Of a stretch of DNA of 55,660 nucleotides, positions 26,766 to 35,295 are shown in pieces. The notes beneath the pieces are model-generated. The model did not search any database and was not told the origin of the DNA. It worked only from the letters and a program-made list of their open reading frames with translations. Positions within the stretch are counted from its first letter, which is position 1, and every line of letters starts with the position of its first letter. Both the position numbers and the translations under genes were made by a program. The stretch is from Planctomycetota bacterium (GTDB lineage: Bacteria > Planctomycetota > B15-G4 > JADJEK01), in the NCBI GenBank assembly GCA_043802345.1, contig JAZDLC010000258.1, positions 1-55,660 on the forward strand, read 5' to 3'.

Positions 26766-27995
26766 ATGGCCGCCACGTCCCTCGACAAGAACAAGATCGT
26801 GTTCGCCCTGCTGGAGGGCGTCAACCAGAGCGCGGTCGATCTGTTGGCCGCCCACGGGTATCGAAACGTCGTGCGCCACGATGGAGCGCTCTCCAGAGCG
26901 GAGCTGCTCGACGTTGTCTCGGAGGCCCACTTCGTGGGGATTCGATCGAGAACCCGCCTCGACGAATCGGTCCTGCGGGAAGCGCGGCGGCTCATCGCGG
27001 TCGGTTGTTTCTGCATCGGCACCAATCAGGTCGATCTCGAGGTGGCCAGAAGGCAGGGAATCCCTGTCTTCAACGCCCCCTACGCCAACACGCGGAGCGT
27101 GGCCGAGCTGGTGCTGGGCGAACTGATCCTGCTGATGCGCGGAGTGCTCGAGAAGAACATGGGCGCCCACCGCGGAGAGTGGCAGAAAAGCGCGCGCAAC
27201 TCCTTCGAGGTTCGAGGCAAGACTCTCGGCATCATCGGGTACGGGCATATCGGCACCCAGGTCGGAATCCTGGCCGAGAACCTGGGGATGAACGTCCTGT
27301 ACCACGATATCGAGAGCAAGCTCTCGCTCGGGAACGCCCGCAAGGCGGACTCCCTCGAGCATCTCCTCGGCTGCTCGGACGTGGTCACCCTGCATGTTCC
27401 GGACACGCCCTTGACCCGGCAGATGATCTCCACGGAGCAGCTCCGCAGGATGAAGCCGGGCGCGGTCCTGATCAATGCGTCCCGGGGAACGGTCGTTGAC
27501 ATCGACGCGCTGATCCCGTGCCTCCGCTCCGGGCAGATCCGGGGCGCGGCCGTGGACGTTTTTCCGACGGAGCCGAAGACCCTCGGGGACGAGTTCATGT
27601 CGCCGCTACGGGAGTTCGACAACGTCCTGCTCACGCCCCACGTGGGCGGCTCCACCGTGGAGGCCCAGGAGCAGATCGGCCGCGAGGTGGCGGAGAAGCT
27701 CGTGCTCTACAGCGACAATGGATCGACCGCCTCGTCCGTGAATTTCCCGCAGGTCGCTCTTCCCGAGTACGCGGGCAAGCACCGCCTGCTCCACATCCAC
27801 CGGAACGTCCCCGGAGTGATGGCCCGCATCAACGGGGTCTTCTCCGACAACGGTGTCAACATCGCCAGTCAGTACCTGCAAACCGATTCCGAGATCGGAT
27901 ACGTGGTGATCGATCTGGACCAGGACTACAGCGCCGCCGCCCAGGCCATGCTGAGAGAGATCCCCGGGACCCTCCACTGCCGCGTGCTGCACTGA
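26766..27995 (+). CDS. serA: D-3-phosphoglycerate dehydrogenase (with C-terminal ACT domain)
   Basis: 409 aa with NAD-binding GIIGYGHIGTQVG, 2-hydroxyacid dehydrogenase catalytic-region motifs (LLGCSDVVTLHVP, INASRGTVVD, TPHVGGST), and an ACT-like tail (HRLLHIHRNVPGVMARINGVF). Confidence 0.9.
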   Translation: MAATSLDKNKIVFALLEGVNQSAVDLLAAHGYRNVVRHDGALSRAELLDVVSEAHFVGIRSRTRLDESVLREARRLIAVGCFCIGTNQVDLEVARRQGIPVFNAPYANTRSVAELVLGELILLMRGVLEKNMGAHRGEWQKSARNSFEVRGKTLGIIGYGHIGTQVGILAENLGMNVLYHDIESKLSLGNARKADSLEHLLGCSDVVTLHVPDTPLTRQMISTEQLRRMKPGAVLINASRGTVVDIDALIPCLRSGQIRGAAVDVFPTEPKTLGDEFMSPLREFDNVLLTPHVGGSTVEAQEQIGREVAEKLVLYSDNGSTASSVNFPQVALPEYAGKHRLLHIHRNVPGVMARINGVFSDNGVNIASQYLQTDSEIGYVVIDLDQDYSAAAQAMLREIPGTLHCRVLH

Positions 27996-28035
27996 TTCGT
28001 GGAAGTTGCCTCTGGATGCTTCGCGGGGTGCGCAG

Positions 28036-28120
28036 CAATCGAAATCGGGATCGGCGTCGATTGGATGCGCCTTCCGAGTGGCATGAGACCAATCGATCCC
28101 GATTTCGATCCCGATTTCGA
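28036..28120. repeat. Long imperfect inverted repeat plus 12-bp tandem duplication downstream of serA
   Basis: The left arm caATCGAAATCGGGATCGgcgtcGATTGG (28036-28064) pairs with the right arm CCAATCGATCCCGATTTCGAT (28089-28109) around a ~24-nt loop. The right arm continues as the tandem GATCCCGATTTC x2 (about 28094-28117). Confidence 0.6.
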
Positions 28121-28216
28121 TGGCGATTCTTCGGTGGCCAGCCGAGCAAGTCAGGAACCTCTCTTCGGTGCTATCATGGGTACCCGCGACGACCCGAAGC
28201 GCCGGAGACCGTTCTC

Positions 28217-29755
28217 ATGAGACACTGCCTGATACTTCTGCTTGGGCTGCTGCTGATTTCACCAGTGGCCGAGGCCAAAAAGCTCGTCGTCAAGAAGGGG
28301 ACCGATCTGCCCACGATCCAGAGCGGCGTCGACGCCGCCACCGCCGGTGACAGGATCGTCGTCAAGAGCGGCGTTTATCAGGAGAACGTCGTGATCCCCT
28401 CGACTCACACGGGGCTCACCCTCAAGGCCAGCGGGCAGGTGACGATCGAGGCCCGCGCTGCCGGCGGTGTGGGCGCGGGACCGGCGGTCCGGATCGAGTG
28501 CGCCGATGTCACGGTGCAGGGTTTCACGATCCAGAACGCCGCCACGGATCCCTCGCCGCCGAACGATCCGGGGTGCGGCATCTTGACCACAGAGAGCAGT
28601 CTGACCGTGCGCCAGGTCATGTTTCGGGACAATGCAGCGGCCGCGATCTGGGCACCTCAGGGGGATGGTACCCATGTTCAGGACTGCGTGTTCCTGGGAA
28701 ACAGGTCGGCCTTGAACATCACCGGTGACGATGTCATCGTGACCGGCCTGCGGGTCGCAAACTCCGATCAGTCCGCGCTCATCATCGCCGGCGGCTCGGC
28801 CTCCATCACCAGTTGCGACGTTTCCAACTGCGGCGGAACTGCATTCGACATCACCGGTCCGTCCTGCCTGGTATTCAAGAACACTGTCAACCTTGCTGGC
28901 GGTCACGGCGTCGTGGTCGACGGCAACTGGGCCAAGATCCGCGACAACAAGCTGTGCGACCTCGGGAGTGACGCGATTTCCGTGGTCGGAGACTACGCGG
29001 ATGTCAATGACAACCAGATCGAGCAGACCGCGGGCGGCACGGGAGTCTTCCTGGATGGAAACAACCATTCCGTCAGGGGCAACCGGATCCGCCGCACCCG
29101 CTCGCACTGTATCCATGTGGTCGGCGAGAACGCCAGCATCCACGACAACAACGTGAGCCATCCGACTGCCGGATCGGGCATCGTGGCCGATGGGGACAAC
29201 CCGCTGGTGACGGAGAATCGCGTCGCCCATGTGATGGGCGACCATACCGGGATCACCATGCAGAACGCCGTGACGGTCGGCCTGCTCGACGGGAACTCCG
29301 TCGACAATGTCACCGATGCCGGAATCGAGGTCGCCGTCACCTGCCTCGACGTCACGATCCGCGGCAACACGGTCACCCGGGCCGGAAACAACCATGAGGA
29401 CGGATTCAGCATCCTGGGCGACGGTCACGTCTTGCGCAACAACACGGCCTCGAACAACGGCGGGGATGGCTTCAACATCACCGGCATCGACATCCTGCTG
29501 CGCGGCAACACCGCCACCGAGAATGGCCGAGACGGTTTTGACATCGAGGGAGGCTCCAGCGTCTCCATTCTGGAGAACCGCGCGGAGGGGAACGCCGCGG
29601 AAGGGATCGAGAACAACGCCACCGGCACGATCATCGCCGACAACTTCAGCAAGCAGAACCGAATCGACTACGCCAACAGCGGCACGGTGCAGAGCTTCAC
29701 CGGCAACGCCAGTGGCGACGGCTCCGACGACACGACCCTTCCCGAGATCGACTGA
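28217..29755 (+). CDS. Secreted right-handed parallel beta-helix repeat protein (512 aa)
   Basis: The internal ATG at 28217 gives a signal peptide (MRHCLILLLGLLLISPVAEA). Many PbH1-like repeats are present (GNRIRR..., ITGDDVIVTG, GFNITGIDILLRGNTATENGRDGFDIEG, NAAEGIENN). The upstream part of ORF 27518..29755 overlaps serA. Confidence 0.8.
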   Translation: MRHCLILLLGLLLISPVAEAKKLVVKKGTDLPTIQSGVDAATAGDRIVVKSGVYQENVVIPSTHTGLTLKASGQVTIEARAAGGVGAGPAVRIECADVTVQGFTIQNAATDPSPPNDPGCGILTTESSLTVRQVMFRDNAAAAIWAPQGDGTHVQDCVFLGNRSALNITGDDVIVTGLRVANSDQSALIIAGGSASITSCDVSNCGGTAFDITGPSCLVFKNTVNLAGGHGVVVDGNWAKIRDNKLCDLGSDAISVVGDYADVNDNQIEQTAGGTGVFLDGNNHSVRGNRIRRTRSHCIHVVGENASIHDNNVSHPTAGSGIVADGDNPLVTENRVAHVMGDHTGITMQNAVTVGLLDGNSVDNVTDAGIEVAVTCLDVTIRGNTVTRAGNNHEDGFSILGDGHVLRNNTASNNGGDGFNITGIDILLRGNTATENGRDGFDIEGGSSVSILENRAEGNAAEGIENNATGTIIADNFSKQNRIDYANSGTVQSFTGNASGDGSDDTTLPEID

Positions 29756-29881
29756 GGAGGGACCTGGGAGCGGCCGGAGCGGCCCCGTCTGGCAAGCCGG
29801 TTGCTTCCCCTGCCAAGGAGTTCCGCTCGCCCGGACAACTCGTTCCCGCGTGGTAACAACTCCTGCCTTGGGGTCACCAGA

Positions 29882-30196
29882 ATGAAGCCTCACCTGATCT
29901 TCAGACTGTTTCCGTGCCTCTGCTTGCTCACCGAACCGGTCCTTCTGGCAAAGGGCCTCGACCTCTCGCTCGAGTCGAGCTACTCCGTCGGCGTGACCGG
30001 AGAGGAACGCAGGAAACTAGAAGCTCCGCCGCTGCTTCGACTCGCTCGACCCCCCACCTCCGCCCTGCCTGCCTTCCTCAGCGCCATTCCCCGTATTTCA
30101 CCCGGGACCGTCCGACCCAACCCGATTGACCCCATCTGCGCGGCACTTGACGTTGCAGCGTTTCACAGACGCTCCGAACCCCCGTCACATCAGTGA
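29882..30196 (+). CDS. Possible small secreted protein (104 aa), weak call
   Basis: An internal ATG in ORF 29801..30196 gives a hydrophobic N-terminus (MKPHLIFRLFPCLCLLTEPVLLA) within an otherwise empty 546-nt gap. Codon bias is only moderate and decays toward the 3' end. Confidence 0.25.
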   Translation: MKPHLIFRLFPCLCLLTEPVLLAKGLDLSLESSYSVGVTGEERRKLEAPPLLRLARPPTSALPAFLSAIPRISPGTVRPNPIDPICAALDVAAFHRRSEPPSHQ

Positions 30197-30301
30197 GTTG
30201 AGACGAACATCTTCCGTGCTTCGGGCGCTTTTCGGAGGTACAATCACGGCAAGTCAACCAGCAAGCCCGCTCCCTTACTCAATCTCCTCGGGAGACTCTC
30301 C

Positions 30302-32224
30302 ATGACCTTCACCCAGTTCATGCGGTTCGGCGCGATCGCCGGACTCCTGACCGTCGTTTCTGGAACGCAGAGCGCCAGCGGACAGACCGACTCGGAAACG
30401 CCACCCGTAACGTCGTACGTCATCACGGAGTACACCACCGGCATCTGCTACCCGGTGATCTCCTCCACCTACGACCACCAGCCCCAGATCGAGCTGCTTC
30501 CGGATGCGCCGACCCAGCGGATCGTCCCCTTCCGGCGGACTCCCTGGCTGGGTGAAGACAAGGAGAACGACCAGACCGTCCCTCCTCCGGGCAAGCGGAT
30601 CAAGGAGTTCGGCGGGTTTGGCGGGATCTCCCAGACTCCCTGGGCGCCGCCCGACCCCACCCTGGCGGTCGGACCGAATCACATCGTCTCGACCACCAAC
30701 ATGCAGGTGGCCTGGTGGACCAAGGGGGGAACGATGCAGTTCAGCCAGCGGCTGGACAGCTCGGGCAATCCGGGCTTCCTGGAGCCTGCCGGTGCGGGGG
30801 ACTTCACCTTCGATCCGAAGTGCCTCTACGACGAGATCGAGGGGCGCTTCCTGGTGCTGGCGCTCGAGGTCTACTCCAGCACGGCCTACATCACCTTCGC
30901 GATCTCCGACGACAGCGATCCGAACGGCACCTGGTACCTGTATCGCACCGACGCCAAGACTTCGATCAGCGGCAGCAACTTCTGGGTCGACTATCCGGGC
31001 CTCGGCTTTGACGACGACGCCTACTACGTCACCGGAAACCTGTTCGGCTTCAGTAGCGGCTGGGGCGGCGTGAAGTACCGCATCTTCGACAAGACGCCGC
31101 TCCTGACCGGCGCCCCGGTGGTGTACACGGACCTGCGCGACGGCGATTCCGGCTCGGTTCAGGTCGCCCACATGCACAGCACTCCGGTCGCGCCCCTCTT
31201 CGTGTCGGTCAAGGACTCGAACGAGATCCGGATCCAGGCGATCACCAACCCGATCACGTCTCCGGCTCTGCACACAACCGATATTATCGTGCCGAGCTTC
31301 TCCAATCCCACGGGCGCCCCGAATCTGGGTGGCGGCACGATCAGCACGGTCGACGAACGGATCATGACCGCGGACTTCAGGGGTCTGTCGTTGCTCGCCG
31401 GACACAACATCGAGGCCTCCGGGAGGAACCAGGCTCGCTGGTACGAGTTCTGGCCCGGCACGTGGCCCAACTCCGGCACTGTGACCTTGCTGCAGAGCGG
31501 CAACATCGACCTGGGTTCGGGCAAGCACACCTTCTTCCCGGCCATCGCCCGCAATGCCGCCGGCAACACCGCCATCTGCTTTGCCCGCTCGGCCACCACC
31601 GAATACTGCAGCATCTGGTACACCCACCGGGAGAGTGGCGATGCCGCCGGCACCATGCGCGCCGCCCGCGAACTCAAGGACGGCGAGGGTAACTACTCCG
31701 GACGCTGGGGCGACTACTTCGACATCGCTATCGACCCGACCAACGACACCACCTTCTGGGGAATCGGCGAGTACGCCGACTCGGGTGGATCGTGGCGCAC
31801 CTGGATCGGAGTGCTCGGCATCGTCGACGGACAGGTGACCCAGATCGGCGCCGGATCACCCGGCGCGTCCGGACTGGTGCCGACCCTCACCGCGGACGTT
31901 CCCGCGATCGGCGAGGCGGTGTCGGTCACCACCGGAAACAGCGTCGGCGGGCTCAACTACTACCACGCCCTCTCGTTCACGCAAGGCAGCTTCACGCTCA
32001 AGGGGGCGGCCATCCATGTGGCCCTGCCCTGGGCCCTGGTGGGACCGTATGCCATGGGCGGCATCCCGGCCCCTGGATTCGGGTCGCACGTCACCAGCTA
32101 CAACATTCCGCTCAACCCGAATCTGATCGGCGCCAGCATCTACCTGCAGTCGCTGATCCTGGATCCGGGAGCGCCGCTGGGCCTTGCCGCCTCGCCAGGT
32201 CTCCAGTTGACCTTCGGCGAGTAG
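30302..32224 (+). CDS. Secreted hypothetical protein (640 aa), possibly beta-propeller/sialidase-like
   Basis: It has a signal peptide (MTFTQFMRFGAIAGLLTVVSGTQSASG), strong coding bias and BNR-like fragments (SDDSDPNGTWY, WGDYFDIAIDP). The family is not firmly recognised. Confidence 0.7.
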   Translation: MTFTQFMRFGAIAGLLTVVSGTQSASGQTDSETPPVTSYVITEYTTGICYPVISSTYDHQPQIELLPDAPTQRIVPFRRTPWLGEDKENDQTVPPPGKRIKEFGGFGGISQTPWAPPDPTLAVGPNHIVSTTNMQVAWWTKGGTMQFSQRLDSSGNPGFLEPAGAGDFTFDPKCLYDEIEGRFLVLALEVYSSTAYITFAISDDSDPNGTWYLYRTDAKTSISGSNFWVDYPGLGFDDDAYYVTGNLFGFSSGWGGVKYRIFDKTPLLTGAPVVYTDLRDGDSGSVQVAHMHSTPVAPLFVSVKDSNEIRIQAITNPITSPALHTTDIIVPSFSNPTGAPNLGGGTISTVDERIMTADFRGLSLLAGHNIEASGRNQARWYEFWPGTWPNSGTVTLLQSGNIDLGSGKHTFFPAIARNAAGNTAICFARSATTEYCSIWYTHRESGDAAGTMRAARELKDGEGNYSGRWGDYFDIAIDPTNDTTFWGIGEYADSGGSWRTWIGVLGIVDGQVTQIGAGSPGASGLVPTLTADVPAIGEAVSVTTGNSVGGLNYYHALSFTQGSFTLKGAAIHVALPWALVGPYAMGGIPAPGFGSHVTSYNIPLNPNLIGASIYLQSLILDPGAPLGLAASPGLQLTFGE

Positions 32225-32255
32225 ACTTCTCGGAAACCAACCGGAACAGAGATCC

Positions 32256-33227
32256 ATGATGGTGCCCTTGCTCTTCGCGCTCATCCCATGCCTGCTTCCC
32301 TTGCAGGAGGGTTCGTCCGGCCGTTTCGCCGAGATCAACGGACAGGTGATCTCCAGGGCCGAGTTCAGCGAGTGGCTGCTGGAAACCCACGGGTGGCGGC
32401 ACGCCGAGGACTTCACGATCCTGGTCCTGTTCCGGCAGGAGGCCGCCCGGCTCGGCATCGTGCTGGAGCCGGACGCGCTGGAGCAGGCGTTCCAGCGCTT
32501 CTGGAACGACCAGGTGCTCCTGCGGTACGCCGGCGACGAGAAGAAGTTCCTGGACGAACTGGCTCAGGCCGGCATCGATCAGGAGGGGTATCGGCGGCGG
32601 CACTGGGCCCACCTGGAAACGCAGGAGCTCGGCCGCCGCATCATCTTGAAGACCCGGGCGCCGGAGGAAAGCGCCCTGAAGGAACTCTTCAATGAGCTGT
32701 TTCCCGGCGGCAAGCGCGTGCGCCTGCAGATCGCCTTCTTCAACCGTTTCCGGGATTTCAAGGAGCACGGCACCCCCACCGAGACGGCGCTTGAGGAGCT
32801 GGACGCGGCGGCGAAGCTCCGGGCCGATCGCTTCGTCGAGGCGGTCAGGGAGCATCCGGACCGCTTCGCCGCCCTGGCGAAAGAGTCCGCCGACCTGCTC
32901 CAGATCAAGCGCTTCGACGAGTACGTTCGGTACCTGCGCGATTCCGCGTCGGAACTTCCGTACTACAACAAGGCGCTCTTTCGCGGCGCCCTGGAGCCTC
33001 TCCTGGACGGCTCGCCCGGGCCGGGCGAGCTGCTCGGGCCGGTCTTTTCGTCCACGGGGTTCTATGTGGTGCGCGTCGTGCGGATCGAGCCGGTCGAGTA
33101 CGACGCTGTCGTGGAGGAGTTGCGAGAGCAATTCCGTTCCCACGATCCGACCGGCCGCGAGATCTATGGACTGCGCGTGAAGCTCCTCGAGCAAGCCGAC
33201 ATTGATCCGCCACTCCGCTCGCAATAG
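32256..33227 (+). CDS. SurA/PrsA-like periplasmic chaperone with parvulin-type PPIase-like C-terminal region (tentative)
   Basis: It has an N-terminal signal/anchor (MMVPLLFALIPCLLPL), the opening AEINGQVISRAEF typical of SurA_N-type proteins, and a C-terminal GELLGPVFSSTGFYVVRVVRIEP resembling the end of a parvulin domain. Confidence 0.55.
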   Translation: MMVPLLFALIPCLLPLQEGSSGRFAEINGQVISRAEFSEWLLETHGWRHAEDFTILVLFRQEAARLGIVLEPDALEQAFQRFWNDQVLLRYAGDEKKFLDELAQAGIDQEGYRRRHWAHLETQELGRRIILKTRAPEESALKELFNELFPGGKRVRLQIAFFNRFRDFKEHGTPTETALEELDAAAKLRADRFVEAVREHPDRFAALAKESADLLQIKRFDEYVRYLRDSASELPYYNKALFRGALEPLLDGSPGPGELLGPVFSSTGFYVVRVVRIEPVEYDAVVEELREQFRSHDPTGREIYGLRVKLLEQADIDPPLRSQ

Positions 33228-33236
33228 GCCTGTTCC

Positions 33237-35288
33237 TTGAAGAGCCTGCGCTTTCGGGCCGCCGCCGGTCGTCCAGCATTGCATGAACTCCTCACCCTGG
33301 CCTGGCGGCACTCCCTTGCGGATCAACGGCGGGCGGCCCTGCTCTCCGACTCGGTTCGGGTGGCGCACAGAATCGAGCGCGACGGACAGTTCCGGGTGCC
33401 GCCAGGAACCCTGGTGACCGCCTCCGTTTCCCGGGGAGAGGCCGTTCCCGCTCCGCCCGGGATCGACATCCTCCAGAGGGGAGCGGACTTCTGTGTGGTC
33501 GACAAGCCGGCCGGTTGGCCGAGCCTGCCCGCGACGCCCGGGGGAAGGAGCGCGCGCGCCCTGGTGGCGAACATCCTGAACCTGCCGGAGGAGAGCGTCT
33601 GGCCCTGCCACCGACTCGACGGGGATGTCTCGGGAGCGTGGCTCCTCGCCCTCACGCAGGAGGCTGCCTCGAGGCTGTCTGTCGCCTTTCAGGAAGGGCG
33701 GGTCCAGAAGGAGTACCGGGCCCTCGTGCCCGCCCCGTCCTTCTCCTCGGGACGATTCCTGGCCGGGATCGATGGCAAGCCTGCCGAGACCCGTTTCGAG
33801 ACCGTCCGTGACCTGGGACCGATCTCGGAGCTTTCCCTGTCACCGGTCACGGGCCGAACCCATCAACTGCGGATCCACCTGGCGGAGGCAGGCAGCCCGA
33901 TTCTGGGAGATCCCCTGTATGGAGGAGTCGCCCTCGCCGGCGGCCTGCGCCTCCGCAGCCGCCGAATCGCCATCGAGAGCGAGGGGATCGATGCGGTCCA
34001 GCCGGAACCGCGGGCGTTTGTTCCGCCGGGCGATCCGGCCGCCCTGTTCCCCGATCAGCGGAAGGTCGCCAGCATTCAGGTCTCCGACGCCACCATCTCC
34101 GCGCTGACGCGCGGCCATCCCTGGATTCTGACCGACAGCGAGACGGACGACCTGGGAGGATTCTTGCCGGGCACCCGCGCCACGATTCACTCCGCGAGCA
34201 GGAGCGACCCCGGCAGTTTCCTGATCGAAGGTCCGGGTCGCATCGCCGCCAGGCGCTGGACGGAGCCGAACGAAGGAGCGGACGGCCCGGACATCGGCCA
34301 GCGGGTCGCCTCCGCACTGGTCCGTCGCAAGGGGCTTCTCGGAAAGCTGCATGTCACCAGCGCGCTGCGCCTGATCCATGGCGAGGCGGACCGGCTTCCG
34401 GGACTGATGGTCGATCTCCTGGCCGGCCAGCTCCGCGTGCTCCTGGTCGGACGCTCCGCCGAACCCCTTGTGCCGGCGGTGCTCGCGGCCCTGAACCGGG
34501 ACCTCCCTGCCTGGATCGACGAGCCTCTGGCCGCGGTCCTGGTCCGCCACCCTCCCTCGCCGGCGAAGGGCGAATTCACCCGCGTCATTCCTCTTCAGGG
34601 CGAGCCCGGTCCGGAGCCGTTCCTGGTGCGGGAGCGAGGGCTCCAGTTCTGGGTGCGGAGCGGGCTCCACGAACCGGCCCGTTCCCGCCCTGGCGTCGAT
34701 CTCTATCTCGACCAGCGCATGAACCGGCAGCGAATCGCCGACCAGATCGAGAGGCGGGGCGGCGGGAACTGGCTCAATCTCTTCGCCCATACCGGCGCCT
34801 TCTCGGTCGCCGCCCTGGCCGCCGGGGCGGCCGCGGTCACCAGCGTCGACCTGTCCGCGGCCTACCTGGCGATTCTGGGCCGGAACCTGGAGGCGAACCG
34901 GCTGGAGTCCAGCCGGCACCTCATGCTGAAGCTCGACTCGCGCCGCTACCTGGAGCGACTGAAGCCGAAGCAGCGCTTCGACGGGATCATCCTCGATCCC
35001 CCCACCGCGGCCGCCGGCGGCAAGCGCTTCTGGTCCCAGAAAAAGGAACTGGGCGAGCTGATCTCCCTTTGCCTTCCCCGCCTCGCGCCAGGCGGCTGCC
35101 TGCTGGTCTGCCGCAACGAGCATCGCGCCCGCGGCCCGCTCCAGGATGTCGTCAGCCAGGCCGCGGCCCAGTCAAGGACCACTCTGGACTCTCTCAAACC
35201 CGCCGACCCCTCTCCCGACTTTCCAAACCTGCGCGGGTTCCCCGAGGGGCGCGCGTTCGAGGGGATCCTGGCCACCGTGCGGGGCTAG
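33237..35288 (+). CDS. Fusion protein: RluA-family pseudouridine synthase (N) + PUA/SAM-dependent RlmI-like rRNA m5C methyltransferase (C)
   Basis: The N-terminal half has VVDKPAGWPS, the catalytic-Asp motif HRLDGDVSG, and GRTHQLRIHLAEAGSPILGDPLYG. The C-terminal half has GHPWIL (PUA-like), LRLIHGEADRLPGLMVDLLAG, LYLDQRMNR, NLFAHTGAFSVAA...VTSVDLS, and DGIILDPP. The start is TTG at 33237. Confidence 0.8.
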   Translation: MKSLRFRAAAGRPALHELLTLAWRHSLADQRRAALLSDSVRVAHRIERDGQFRVPPGTLVTASVSRGEAVPAPPGIDILQRGADFCVVDKPAGWPSLPATPGGRSARALVANILNLPEESVWPCHRLDGDVSGAWLLALTQEAASRLSVAFQEGRVQKEYRALVPAPSFSSGRFLAGIDGKPAETRFETVRDLGPISELSLSPVTGRTHQLRIHLAEAGSPILGDPLYGGVALAGGLRLRSRRIAIESEGIDAVQPEPRAFVPPGDPAALFPDQRKVASIQVSDATISALTRGHPWILTDSETDDLGGFLPGTRATIHSASRSDPGSFLIEGPGRIAARRWTEPNEGADGPDIGQRVASALVRRKGLLGKLHVTSALRLIHGEADRLPGLMVDLLAGQLRVLLVGRSAEPLVPAVLAALNRDLPAWIDEPLAAVLVRHPPSPAKGEFTRVIPLQGEPGPEPFLVRERGLQFWVRSGLHEPARSRPGVDLYLDQRMNRQRIADQIERRGGGNWLNLFAHTGAFSVAALAAGAAAVTSVDLSAAYLAILGRNLEANRLESSRHLMLKLDSRRYLERLKPKQRFDGIILDPPTAAAGGKRFWSQKKELGELISLCLPRLAPGGCLLVCRNEHRARGPLQDVVSQAAAQSRTTLDSLKPADPSPDFPNLRGFPEGRAFEGILATVRG

Positions 35289-35295
35289 CCCGGAC

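Noticed and set aside
28094-28120. Tandem GATCCCGATTTC copies considered as a possible CRISPR or repeat array
   Set aside because: There are only two adjacent 12-bp copies with no spacers and no cas genes. It is better explained as part of the inverted repeat described above.
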